64,000 bases of DNA from an uncultured Arcobacteraceae bacterium. Its GTDB lineage: Bacteria; Campylobacterota; Campylobacteria; Campylobacterales; Arcobacteraceae. Below, one piece after another: positions 1-9,540 of this stretch. The notes beneath the pieces are model-generated. The model made no database searches and had not been told where the DNA came from. It saw only the letters and a program-made list of their open reading frames with translations. Positions within the stretch are counted from its first letter, which is position 1. The number at the start of each line of letters is the position of its first letter. The DNA is taken from positions 64,001-128,000 of the forward strand of contig CAXHZO010000001.1 in assembly GCA_964022095.1 (NCBI GenBank), in the 5' to 3' direction. The translations under genes were made by a program, and so were the position numbers.

Positions 1-753
1 TGCAACGATTTTTGCAGCTGCTGCTTGCAAGAAAGCTAATCTTCTAGGAGCATTTTTTTCACTTGTAAAATCAGATAATGCTCTATTTCCTGCTGTTAAT
101 GCACCATTTGAAATACCATCTTTTAAGAAGTTAGAATAGTCTTGATCTTGTCCCCATAATAAAAACTCAATCGCATGATACCCAGTTGCAACATTTGCAT
201 CACCACCATTTTCATTTAAAGCAGCAATTGCATCAACTGTTATATTTGTAACATCAACTACAGTTGCATCTTCTCCACCTGGATTAAACTTACCAATAGT
301 ATCAATAATATTTCCACTAGTTTTAGCACCATTTGCATCAATTGTATAATCAATCATATTTTCATCTAATGGCCATGCATTTAATTGACCTTCAAGTGCT
401 CCATATGCTTCGGCTATCCATCCCTCTTCTGCATCAATTGGACCATTTGATAGCCTAAATGCTTCTGTTTGTCCGTAAGACTCTCTTGATAATAACCAAG
501 CTTTTTTAGCTGCATTTAAATTTTCTTGCGTTGGAGCTTTTGCAAAAGTATTAAGTGCTAGTTGTAAAGACTTTGCATCATTTAATGCATCACTATAGTT
601 TGCATATGCAATAGCTGCATATGAGTTTAATACTGATTTTTTTTGAGTTAACTTAGTATCTTGCGAATTTGTATTTGAAGCAGTACATCCTGTAAGAGCT
701 ATGGCAGTAACTACAGATACACTAAGTAAAGCTTTTTTAACGTTTTTTAACAT
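1..753 (-). CDS. Imelysin-family (IrpA-like) iron-regulated lipoprotein; 3' end runs off the window
   Basis: Not in the ORF track; translated by hand from ATG at 753: MLKNVKKALLSVSVVTAIALTGC (lipobox) ... WLLSRESYGQTEAFRL ... QLNAWPLDE ... NVATGYHAIEFLLWGQD, the imelysin GxHxxE motif. RBS AAAGGA upstream. Confidence 0.88.
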   Translation of the reverse strand, partial: MLKNVKKALLSVSVVTAIALTGCTASNTNSQDTKLTQKKSVLNSYAAIAYANYSDALNDAKSLQLALNTFAKAPTQENLNAAKKAWLLSRESYGQTEAFRLSNGPIDAEEGWIAEAYGALEGQLNAWPLDENMIDYTIDANGAKTSGNIIDTIGKFNPGGEDATVVDVTNITVDAIAALNENGGDANVATGYHAIEFLLWGQDQDYSNFLKDGISNGALTAGNRALSDFTSEKNAPRRLAFLQAAAAKIVA

Positions 754-775
754 TAGTTGTTTCCTTTTTTATTTT

Positions 776-853
776 TAATATCAATTATCATTAACGAAAT
801 TAAATCGAAAATAAACTTTAATTCTTCTTAATTATGATAACAATTATCATAAT
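776..853. promoter_or_regulatory. Fur-box-like operators between imelysin and rhodanese genes
   Basis: Perfect inverted repeat ATTATGATAA-CAA-TTATCATAAT at 831-853, plus an AATGATAATTGATATT-like site on the minus strand near 777-792. Both lie upstream of an iron-uptake-associated gene. Confidence 0.7.
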
Positions 854-905
854 ATATTTTAAAATTGATTTTATGCTATTATTTAAAAATAAAAAAGGAG
901 TAACA

Positions 906-1595
906 ATGAAGTTTATAAGTTTAATATTTTTATTTTCATATAGTTTACTTGCACAAGTAAACCCTATGGCTTTCCAATATAGTGGAGTGAAAGTAAATCA
1001 TATATTTTTAGATGGTAGCAAAGAAAATTATACTATTGAAAGAAAAATTTCAAAAGAGTGTATGAAAATACAAGTAGGTCCTGATAGTTTTGATGATACA
1101 AATATAAAAAATAATATCAGTAATAAATGTAAAAAAGAGTTCATAACTACTACTGGAGTTATTCAACCTTTTGTTTTTGATGAGGAAATAAAAACTATTG
1201 GAGAAAATGAAGTTCTAGAATTTATTTACACTAAAACATTAAAAGAGCCAAATAAATATGCACTAATTGATAGTAGAAAAGCAATTTGGTTTGAGCAAGA
1301 GACAATTCCTAGTGCATTGAGTGTCCCATATGAAGATTTAAAATATGATGAAGACTTTGTAGAAGATTTAAAAAAAGCTTACAAGAATCTTGGAGTAAAA
1401 GTACTAGACAATGATAAATTTGATTTTTCAAATGCTAAAACAGTAGTATTTTTTTGTAATGGAGCTTGGTGTCCTATCTCTTCAAAAAGTATGACTTACC
1501 TAATAAAATTAGGTTATCCAAAAGAAAAAATGATGTGGTATAGAGGTGGAATGACTAGCTGGAAAGTATTATCACTAACAACTACAAAGAAGTAA
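906..1595 (+). CDS. Exported rhodanese-like protein (CNGAWC type)
   Basis: AAGGAG RBS before ATG 906 (ORF track start 834 is probably too early); signal peptide; LIDSR, FFCNGAWC and WYRGGM motifs. Confidence 0.85.
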   Translation: MKFISLIFLFSYSLLAQVNPMAFQYSGVKVNHIFLDGSKENYTIERKISKECMKIQVGPDSFDDTNIKNNISNKCKKEFITTTGVIQPFVFDEEIKTIGENEVLEFIYTKTLKEPNKYALIDSRKAIWFEQETIPSALSVPYEDLKYDEDFVEDLKKAYKNLGVKVLDNDKFDFSNAKTVVFFCNGAWCPISSKSMTYLIKLGYPKEKMMWYRGGMTSWKVLSLTTTKK

Positions 1596-1614
1596 AGCTA
1601 AAAAGCTTTATTTC

Positions 1615-3696
1615 TTAAAATAGTTTTTTCAAATTATCTAAAATCTCTTTAGAGCCTTCCTCACCAAGCTTACCTTTTAAAGCTTTATCAAGTTTTTCTT
1701 TTATCTTATCTTTGTTTTTTTCAATTTGTTTATTAACTTGTTCTTTTAATAAACCTTTTGTATCAATAGATATTTTTGGATTAGAAGTACTTCCTTTTAC
1801 ATTTACACCAAATTCAGTTGTTTTTATTTTACCTTTAATTTTTGCATCAATACTATTTTTTTCTAAATTCAATATAGAATTAGTCACATCTATAGTTGTA
1901 TTTTTACTTTTCATATTGATTATAGTATTTAAAACCATATTATTTATATCACTATTGATTTTTACTGTTTCATAAACTTCTTTAGTAAGATCGAATTTTG
2001 CTAATTGATTTACTAAACTTGAAAAATCATTAGGTAAAAAATGTCCGCTTAATAAACTTCCTGAAAGTTTTCCTTTACTAAGTAACATATTATAATCTAA
2101 ATCTAAATCTGTCTTTGAATCAAATACTTCTGGATAATAAAGCATATGTGTTACATCTTTTATTTGTGCACCTTTTAATGATGCTTTTAAATTGTCATTT
2201 TTTAGATTGAAATTTAACTTTCCACCTACAACATTTGAATCTCCAGTTAAACTTAATGAGCCTGCTTTTGTAAATAATTCTCCACTAACATTAACTTTTC
2301 CTCTCATTTTTGTTCCAGTAAAATCTTTTAATTTTTCTAAAGAAGGCACATTTAAAATATAATCACTACTTAAAGCTCCATCTTTAAAATCAAAAATAGT
2401 TTCATTTGTAGTTAAATTTGCTAAAGATGTCTGTAGTTTAGAGTTTGTGATTGCCTTATTTGGTACAAGGCTAGTTGATATGTCACCACTAAAAGACACA
2501 TCTTTTTTAAGATTTTGTTTAAATACAGTATTTACAACTTCATTAATTAATTTACCATTTGAAATTGTTGTATTTATTGTTCCTTTTAAAGTATCAATAT
2601 TTGCATTTGGAATATTACCAGTCACTTTTAAATCACCAACTGCATAAACTGGTTCATTTAACATATGAAGAAGCTTATCTATTTTTGCATTTTCAATTTT
2701 GAAATTAACATCTTGAGGAATAGAATCAATAACTTTTAAATCATAACTTGTATTACTTTCAAATATATCTGACTTACCATCTAAATTTATATTTCCATTA
2801 TCAACTATTAAATTACCTTCTAATATAAATTTACCATTTAATTTTGTGCCAATAACACCTTGAAGTTTTGATAGATTTTTTACATTTATTTTATAATCAC
2901 TTGTGATTTTGTTTGTTTTTAAATCAACTACTGAATTATGTGCAAAAACATCAGCCAATGAAGTTATTAAGTCTGATTTCAATTCTATTTTATCACCAAT
3001 TAACTTAGCTTCTACATCACTTTTAAAGCCAATTCTTGATGCAATATTTTGATTTAATTCTTTATTTATTACATCATTTATTAATTTTCCCCTTGAAATA
3101 TTTGCAGTTACTATTCCATCAAGTTGATTTTGTCTTGCGTTGTTTATTTTACCTTTTACATTAACAATACCTGATGCATATACAGGTTGATTAACAAGTT
3201 TTAATAAATCCACAATTTTTGCATCTTTAAGTAAAAAATCAATATTGCTTGGTTCAAAATCTATTAAATTTATTTTATATGTAGTTTCACTTGATGCAAT
3301 ATCACTAACACCTTCGATAAGTGCAGATTTTTCATTTCCTTTAAATATCCCCGAAGTATTAAATGGTCCATTTAACTTTTGGTTTATTAAATTTTCTAAA
3401 TTTGCCAGCTCTTTTACTTTTATATCATATTTCAAATCAACAATTTTTTTAAATAGTTGTAAATCCCCTGAAATATCAATATTAGAGTTATCATCAATTG
3501 TTGCATTAAAAACCATAGTATTAAAAGTTAGTTCAAATTTATTAACTTTTAACTTCACATCATTTTGTTCATTATTTACTTTATTTTCAATATATGAAGC
3601 GATAAAATCATTACCTGTTTTTGTAAATAATACACCATAAATAGATCCAATCACTAATATTATAAATAATGTTAAACCAAAAAATAGTTTTTTCAT
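1615..3696 (-). CDS. Membrane-anchored repetitive beta-rich protein, possibly AsmA/TamB-like
   Basis: N-terminal TM (MKKLFFGLTLFIILVIG...); alternating beta pattern; internal ~180-aa repeats; C-terminal GxxxNPKISID followed by an amphipathic helix. Confidence 0.5.
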   Translation of the reverse strand: MKKLFFGLTLFIILVIGSIYGVLFTKTGNDFIASYIENKVNNEQNDVKLKVNKFELTFNTMVFNATIDDNSNIDISGDLQLFKKIVDLKYDIKVKELANLENLINQKLNGPFNTSGIFKGNEKSALIEGVSDIASSETTYKINLIDFEPSNIDFLLKDAKIVDLLKLVNQPVYASGIVNVKGKINNARQNQLDGIVTANISRGKLINDVINKELNQNIASRIGFKSDVEAKLIGDKIELKSDLITSLADVFAHNSVVDLKTNKITSDYKINVKNLSKLQGVIGTKLNGKFILEGNLIVDNGNINLDGKSDIFESNTSYDLKVIDSIPQDVNFKIENAKIDKLLHMLNEPVYAVGDLKVTGNIPNANIDTLKGTINTTISNGKLINEVVNTVFKQNLKKDVSFSGDISTSLVPNKAITNSKLQTSLANLTTNETIFDFKDGALSSDYILNVPSLEKLKDFTGTKMRGKVNVSGELFTKAGSLSLTGDSNVVGGKLNFNLKNDNLKASLKGAQIKDVTHMLYYPEVFDSKTDLDLDYNMLLSKGKLSGSLLSGHFLPNDFSSLVNQLAKFDLTKEVYETVKINSDINNMVLNTIINMKSKNTTIDVTNSILNLEKNSIDAKIKGKIKTTEFGVNVKGSTSNPKISIDTKGLLKEQVNKQIEKNKDKIKEKLDKALKGKLGEEGSKEILDNLKKLF

Positions 3697-3918
3697 AAAA
3701 TACCTTTCTTTAATAATCATGATTATTATAACAAATTTTATAATAATATCTAAATGTATTGCTTTAGCTATGTTTTATTTTAATTTATATATAATCTTGT
3801 CCAACAAAGTATTAAGTAGGGAGTACTTAGGCATTTATGTTTAGGTCGCTTTATCATTTTGGTAAGGTTACGCAAGCCGAACAAACTTTGTAATACAAAT
3901 TTATATAAGGATTCAAGA

Positions 3919-4224
3919 ATGAAAAAAATCGTTCTATTAATGTTAGCTTTAGCTGGTTTTGCATTTGCAGCTGAAGGTGATTCAATGATTCAAGCATACT
4001 CTGTAGTAGCTGCAGGTATTGGTTTAGGTTTAGCGGCACTTGGTGGTGCTATCGGTATGGGTAACACTGCTGCTGCAACAATCGCTGGTACTGCTAGAAA
4101 CCCAGGTTTAGGTGGAAAATTAATGACTACTATGTTCATTGCATTAGCGATGATCGAAGCACAAGTTATTTATGCATTAGTAATTGCTATGATTGCTTTA
4201 TATGCAAACCCATTCTTAGGGTAA
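3919..4224 (+). CDS. atpE: F0F1 ATP synthase subunit c
   Basis: GLGLAALGGAIGMG, ARNP and MIEAQVIY motifs; AAGGA RBS before ATG 3919; N-terminal signal-like extension. Confidence 0.97.
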   Translation: MKKIVLLMLALAGFAFAAEGDSMIQAYSVVAAGIGLGLAALGGAIGMGNTAAATIAGTARNPGLGGKLMTTMFIALAMIEAQVIYALVIAMIALYANPFLG

Positions 4225-4250
4225 TCAGTCTACACAGATCTGATAACTTA

Positions 4251-4284
4251 AAAGGTCAAGAGGTTTTCCTCTTGACCTTTTTTT
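4251..4284 (+). terminator. Intrinsic terminator after atpE
   Basis: AAAGGTCAAGAGG-TTTT-CCTCTTGACCTTT followed by a T-run. Confidence 0.9.
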
Positions 4285-4370
4285 ATGCCTTTTTTTTTAA
4301 TACTTCAACTTTTATTTTATTTAAGCAAAATCTATGAGATGAACTAGTATTATTGCATCCTTAACTTTTT

Positions 4371-4454
4371 GCGAATGTGGTGGAACGGTAGACACGCGGG
4401 CTTGAGGGGCTCGTGCTTCACGGCGTGGGGGTTCAAATCCCCCCATTCGCACCA
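4371..4454 (+). tRNA. tRNA-Leu(GAG)
   Basis: Acceptor stem GCGAATG/CATTCGC; anticodon arm CGGGC-TTGAGGG-GCTCG; long variable arm; GGTTCAAATCC T-arm; encoded ACCA end. Confidence 0.96.
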
Positions 4455-4497
4455 TAAAAGATTAAAACAACATACTCTCTTTTACTAATTAATAAGT

Positions 4498-5112
4498 CTA
4501 CAGGTGTCCTGTTTTTACAAAAATTATAGTCTCTTCTTCAACATATGGAAAATGTTCACTCAAATGAGGACTTCTTATCCAACATCCTTTTTTATATTTA
4601 TCATATTCATCAATAAAAGTTCCACTTAATACTAATATTTCTTCACCACCCCAATGTTTATGAGGAATAAACCTTTCATCTTTTGGCCATTTTACCAAAG
4701 CAGTTTGTTCAGATAAAGGAATAACTGTCAAATTCCCTTGTCCTTGCAGCCACTGTGATTTATTAGTATTTACTATTAACTCTTCATTATTATGTTTATA
4801 ATTTATTTTTCTAAAAACTACGCAACCTTCTTGAGATTTTACATATCGTTCATTCTCTTTTGGAAATTTTAAATATGTACCTTTCTCAAAAGAGCCAAAC
4901 TCATTTGTATAAATACCTTCTAATACAAAAATTTCAATACTGTTTACAATATCTTTTTTAGATAAAATGCTATCTTTGTTAATTTTCACTAAAGAAGTTT
5001 CTTCTTTTTGTCTTTTTGAGAACTGTTTTATATATGAATTAAAAGGAGTATACTCTATCCAATCTAATGCATTTGACTCTATTGATATTTTCTTTTCATA
5101 ATCACTATTCAT
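4498..5112 (-). CDS. ChrR-like tandem cupin protein
   Basis: EIFVLEG, HKHWGGEEILVLSGTF, RSPHLSEH and FVKTGHL motifs. Confidence 0.85.
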   Translation of the reverse strand: MNSDYEKKISIESNALDWIEYTPFNSYIKQFSKRQKEETSLVKINKDSILSKKDIVNSIEIFVLEGIYTNEFGSFEKGTYLKFPKENERYVKSQEGCVVFRKINYKHNNEELIVNTNKSQWLQGQGNLTVIPLSEQTALVKWPKDERFIPHKHWGGEEILVLSGTFIDEYDKYKKGCWIRSPHLSEHFPYVEEETIIFVKTGHL

Positions 5113-5131
5113 CTCTTACCTTTATAGATAT

Positions 5132-6097
5132 TTATAGTAAAATCTCTATTTTATCTTTGCCTTCATTTTTTGCTTTATACATTGCCTTATCTGCTCTTGA
5201 AATGAAACTTTCTGGAGTGTCATCTTTTTTAATCAATGTTGCACCTAAACTTGAAGTTAATTTCTTTACATATGAAAATTCAAACTTTTGGATTTTATTT
5301 TTAATATTATTTAATAAACTCTCTAATGAATCTTTTGTTGCAAAAGGAACAATGATCAAAAACTCATCACCTCCCCATCTTCCAATGGTATCTGTTTCTC
5401 TAATTGAGTTTTTCAATAATAAAGAAAACTCTTTTAAAACAACATCACCTACATGATGTCCAAAACTATCATTAATATTTTTGAAGTTATCTAAGTCAAG
5501 AATTATTATTCCATAATTGTTTTCATATCTATTTATAATTTTTTTTGTATCTTCTAATAATGAATCTAAATGGTGTCTATTGTATAAAGTAGTTAGTTTA
5601 TCCGTAACTGAGATTTTTTTTAATTTATCTAAGGTATCTTCTAGTTCTAGAGTTCTTTTTTTAACTTCTAGTTCTAGTATTTCATTAATTTTTTTAAATT
5701 GTGTTATCTCTTTTGAAGTACCAAAAATTCTTACAATATTATTTTGCTTATCTATAACAGGTATTATTGTTGTCTCCCAATGTCTAACACCACTACTATC
5801 TAAAATATTTGTCTCTTCATATGACATAATTTCATTTGAAGATATACATTGGTCATACCTATTTGATATTTTTTCATATGTTTTTTTATCCATAATAGTC
5901 TTTAAAGGTACTTCACAAACTTTATCATCTGTTATATTAAATGTTTTTTTCAAAGCATTGTTAGCTGATTCACTTATATATTCATTACCATCTTTTCTAA
6001 CTATAAACATATTATCATTGCTTGTATTCCAAATAACTCTAAACAGAATTAATTCGCCTTGTGTAACTACATCCGTAAATGTTTCATATATATTCAT
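5132..6097 (-). CDS. PAS-GGDEF diguanylate cyclase
   Basis: DKLTTLYNR, DLDNFKNINDSFGH, RETD I-site and an intact GGDEF; start MNIYE at 6097 preferred. Confidence 0.9.
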   Translation of the reverse strand: MNIYETFTDVVTQGELILFRVIWNTSNDNMFIVRKDGNEYISESANNALKKTFNITDDKVCEVPLKTIMDKKTYEKISNRYDQCISSNEIMSYEETNILDSSGVRHWETTIIPVIDKQNNIVRIFGTSKEITQFKKINEILELEVKKRTLELEDTLDKLKKISVTDKLTTLYNRHHLDSLLEDTKKIINRYENNYGIIILDLDNFKNINDSFGHHVGDVVLKEFSLLLKNSIRETDTIGRWGGDEFLIIVPFATKDSLESLLNNIKNKIQKFEFSYVKKLTSSLGATLIKKDDTPESFISRADKAMYKAKNEGKDKIEILL

Positions 6098-6226
6098 TTT
6101 AATACCTAATAAAAAAATATTAAAATTATAATACTGCAAAAAAACAAAAAAAATCTTAAGTATTAACTTTTTATTTCTAAAACTTTGTTACACTTCTAAA
6201 ATAAATTAATTAAAGGATATTTTTTA

Positions 6227-8167
6227 ATGTTAAAAAAACAGATTTTTATACTCATACTATCTACATGCCTACCTATAATACTAGCAGCACAAAATGTAGA
6301 GTTAGAGCCTGTAAAATTAATAAAAAAAGATGAACAAACTATTGAGCAAACTACAACAAACCAAGCAGATACTATTGTTCAAGATAAACAATCAGAGCAA
6401 AATACAGATACGATTACAAAAGACGATATCGAGAACCAAATTGAACAACAAAATAAACTTTTAGAAAAAGTTATAGAAAATATAAATGATGAGTCTTATT
6501 TAAAAACTTTAAGCAGTAATAAAATTTATAATGAACATATTGAGTTTCTAACAAATAGAATAAATATAAATAAAAAACTAAATAATACCTTAGCAGTACA
6601 AAGAGATGAACTAGACTTAATCCTTACAAGAGGAAAACTAAACTATGAGAATACTTTAAAGTCAATAATCCTTGCTAAACAAGAGTACAAAGACAAAAAA
6701 TATTTTGTTGATTTAATAAATAAAAATATTGATTTAATAAATAGTAAAAACTTAGATGAATACAAAGATGTTTATGAATTAGAAAAAAACCATGACAATA
6801 AAATTTCAAGTCAATTTGTTGAAAACTATATTGACCTATACAACCAATCAAATACTCAACAATTTGTCTTAACATATCTTTTAGAAAATATGTCAAAATA
6901 TAGACCTACAAACTTTTTCATTGATGAGTTTAACTTACAATATTTAGTTGATAAAATTGATTCCTTAAAGGGTATATCTTTTGTTTCAAAACTAACTTCA
7001 TACTATTTAAAGTTTTCTATTGGTGAAATTGCTGTAGTTATATTTATTATTTTCTTTTTTAGATTATTAAATAAATACATAATCTCACTACTTGCAAACT
7101 TTATTTCAAGAATATTTGTAAAAGCTAAAGATGAAGATAGTGAGAGTATCAGACAATACTTAAGAATGTCTATTGATTCTCCAATGAAATATGCCCTATA
7201 TACTTTGGCTATTCAGATTTCTATATTTATATTAATAAAAGATGAAGAGTTAATTAATACTTTAATGCCTTGGATAAATACAGTTTATATTGCTATCTTA
7301 ACATGGGCTATTTATGCAGTTATAAATAATAGTATAAATATTTATGCTCATACTTTACTTGAAAAATATCCAAATGTTAGAAAAGAGATGATTGTATTTT
7401 TACTAAGAATTGTAAAAATTATACTAATTATGCTGGTTCTTTTATTTTTACTTTCACAATTAGGAATTGATATCAAAGCGATTGCTGCATCACTTGGGGT
7501 TGGTGGTATCGCTGTTGCTCTTGCTTCTAAAGATACTTTAGCTAACTTCTTTGGATCATTAAATATTATGACTGATAACTCTTTCTCTCAAGGTGATTGG
7601 ATAAAAACACCTGAAGTTGAAGGAACAGTTGTTGATATAAGAATGAGGACTACAAGAATCAGAACATTTGATAATGCAATGATTACAATACCAAATTCAC
7701 AACTTGCCAATTCACATATTATGAACTGGTCAAAAAGAAGAATCGGTAGAAGAATAAAAATGAGTCTTGGAATTACTTATGAAAGTGAAATGAGTGATAT
7801 AAAAAATTTAAAAGACGATATTTTTGAAATGCTAAAAAATCATCCTGAAATTGCTACAGATTTAAATACACATATAACAAAAACAAAAGCTTTTGAAGTT
7901 GCAAAAAGAGAAGATTTACAAGGAGTTAAAAATACACTTTTAGTATATATTGATGAGTTTGCAGGATCATCTATAAATATTTTGATTTATTGTTTCTCAA
8001 AAAGCCCTGCTTGGGAAGATTGGTTAAAAACAAAAGAGGATGTGATTATGAAAATATCTGCTTTATGTGATAAAAACAATTGTGAAATTGCTTATCCAAC
8101 TCAAGCAATTACAATCAAAAACCCAACACAAATTGCAACAATGCAAGATAATAGTAAAGAGAGTTAA
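6227..8167 (+). CDS. MscS-family mechanosensitive channel with large periplasmic N-terminus
   Basis: ASLGVGGIAVALASKDTLANFFGS, GDWI, EGTVVDIRMRTTRIRTFDNAMITIPNS motifs. Confidence 0.9.
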   Translation: MLKKQIFILILSTCLPIILAAQNVELEPVKLIKKDEQTIEQTTTNQADTIVQDKQSEQNTDTITKDDIENQIEQQNKLLEKVIENINDESYLKTLSSNKIYNEHIEFLTNRININKKLNNTLAVQRDELDLILTRGKLNYENTLKSIILAKQEYKDKKYFVDLINKNIDLINSKNLDEYKDVYELEKNHDNKISSQFVENYIDLYNQSNTQQFVLTYLLENMSKYRPTNFFIDEFNLQYLVDKIDSLKGISFVSKLTSYYLKFSIGEIAVVIFIIFFFRLLNKYIISLLANFISRIFVKAKDEDSESIRQYLRMSIDSPMKYALYTLAIQISIFILIKDEELINTLMPWINTVYIAILTWAIYAVINNSINIYAHTLLEKYPNVRKEMIVFLLRIVKIILIMLVLLFLLSQLGIDIKAIAASLGVGGIAVALASKDTLANFFGSLNIMTDNSFSQGDWIKTPEVEGTVVDIRMRTTRIRTFDNAMITIPNSQLANSHIMNWSKRRIGRRIKMSLGITYESEMSDIKNLKDDIFEMLKNHPEIATDLNTHITKTKAFEVAKREDLQGVKNTLLVYIDEFAGSSINILIYCFSKSPAWEDWLKTKEDVIMKISALCDKNNCEIAYPTQAITIKNPTQIATMQDNSKES

Positions 8168-8174
8168 TCTCTTA

Positions 8175-8561
8175 CTATTTCTCTTCTAATAGTATATCAG
8201 CTTTAGTTCTTAACTTTTTTTTAGTTAAAAACTCTTTTTCTCTATTTGAAAATTTTTCTTCTTTTTTTATTTCAGTTCTTTTTTTAGTTTCTTTTTTTGA
8301 AGGTTTTTCATCTACTTTTTTAAACATTGTAAGAATTAAATAAATTGAAAAAACTATATTAAAAATTACAATTATCCATTTTGCAATTAATACAACTTCT
8401 AAAAACTCTAACTTTTCTTTTAATTGTAAGTATTGAACTACATCTGTATAAATTGCATTTGCAAATAATGCAATAATAAGTAATAAAGCCACTAAAGAAA
8501 CTCTTCTTCTAAATTTATATAAATAGTACCAAAAAAGTGCAGATTTTACTTGTTTAAACAT
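8175..8561 (-). CDS. Hypothetical 2-TM membrane protein
   Basis: 128-aa ORF with two hydrophobic segments. Confidence 0.7.
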   Translation of the reverse strand: MFKQVKSALFWYYLYKFRRRVSLVALLLIIALFANAIYTDVVQYLQLKEKLEFLEVVLIAKWIIVIFNIVFSIYLILTMFKKVDEKPSKKETKKRTEIKKEEKFSNREKEFLTKKKLRTKADILLEEK

Positions 8562-8571
8562 TTTTTACTTC

Positions 8572-8853
8572 CTATACAAACATATTTATACCAAGTGCAG
8601 CAAGGGCCACAACTAGTGATTTAGTTTTTAAATCATCAATAATTTTTCTTTCTTCATCTGCAATTATAACTTCTAATTGCTCATCACTATAATCATCAAA
8701 AGTTTTATGATTTTCAGCTAATCTAGCTTTTGTAGCCATTACGGCTTTTTCTCTAATTTTTGAATCAATCATATCTTTTAATTGTTCACTTTTTACTTTT
8801 GGGTAATCTAAGAATTTATTTGTTTTATCTTTTATTTGTTTTTTAATTCCCAT
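8572..8853 (-). CDS. Hypothetical protein with C-terminal hydrophobic tail
   Basis: 93-aa ORF, co-oriented 10 bp upstream of 8175..8561. Confidence 0.7.
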   Translation of the reverse strand: MGIKKQIKDKTNKFLDYPKVKSEQLKDMIDSKIREKAVMATKARLAENHKTFDDYSDEQLEVIIADEERKIIDDLKTKSLVVALAALGINMFV

Positions 8854-9023
8854 ATTTAATCCATATTTTTCTTTTATTATATCATTACAGAATTAACCAA
8901 ATATTTCAAAATAAAAAAAATAAGTAAATAATTTTCCAAAGTGAGTCATTTTTGAGACATTTTGTTGGTATAATTGTTCTAATTACTTAATAAAGTAATC
9001 AATAAATAATTAAAGGAATCATA

Positions 9024-9488
9024 ATGATTAAAACTGGAATTAAATTATCATTAACTGCATTTACAGCATTAGTATTAACTGCGCAAGCTTCACAAGCAAG
9101 AGAATTTGCTGATATCTATACAGAATGTGGATTAGGTGCAATGATTGCTCCTTCAAATGAGGCAGTAGCAGCAGTTACAAATGTAACTTGGGATTTAGGT
9201 ACAACTGCTATTTCATCAAATATCTCTTCTGAAGATACTTGTCAAGGTGGAAAAGCAAAAGTTGCAGCATTCATTAATGATAGTTATGAAAGTATTGAAA
9301 AAGATTTAGCAAGTGGAAATGGAAAATATTTAGAAACATTAGCTACATTAGCTAAAGCTGATTCTCAATCAAAAGAAGAATTTATTGCTTCTTTAAGAAA
9401 AGATTTCTCTTCATTAGTAGCAAGTAATGAGTACTCTAACTTAACTACTTACGAAAAATCTGAAAAATTATACAACGTTATTTACTAA
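9024..9488 (+). CDS. DUF3015-like exported protein
   Basis: Signal peptide; CGLG, DLGTTA and DLASGNGKYLETLA motifs; adjacent to a DUF4105-like gene. Confidence 0.75.
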   Translation: MIKTGIKLSLTAFTALVLTAQASQAREFADIYTECGLGAMIAPSNEAVAAVTNVTWDLGTTAISSNISSEDTCQGGKAKVAAFINDSYESIEKDLASGNGKYLETLATLAKADSQSKEEFIASLRKDFSSLVASNEYSNLTTYEKSEKLYNVIY

Positions 9489-9497
9489 TGTTTATAT

Positions 9498-9527
9498 CAA
9501 GATTTAGTATTTATTTACTAAATCTTG
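9498..9527 (+). terminator. Intergenic stem-loop between DUF3015 and DUF4105 genes
   Basis: CAAGATTTAGTA-TTTATT-TACTAAATCTTG; no strong T-tail, so it may act as an attenuator or mRNA stabiliser. Confidence 0.55.
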
Positions 9528-9540
9528 GCTAAATTTCCCT

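Noticed and set aside
1712-3640. Plus-strand ORFs 1712..1975, 2447..2647 and 3245..3640
   Set aside because: Antisense shadows of the long minus-strand gene; no RBS or recognisable motifs.
3859-3918. Extended atpE start from the ORF track
   Set aside because: The RBS and signal-like N-terminus support ATG 3919.
5067-6131. Plus-strand ORFs 5067..5456 and 5517..6131
   Set aside because: Antisense to a clear diguanylate cyclase.
4455-6200. Possible integration island at the tRNA-Leu 3' end
   Set aside because: No duplicated tRNA end or integrase seen.
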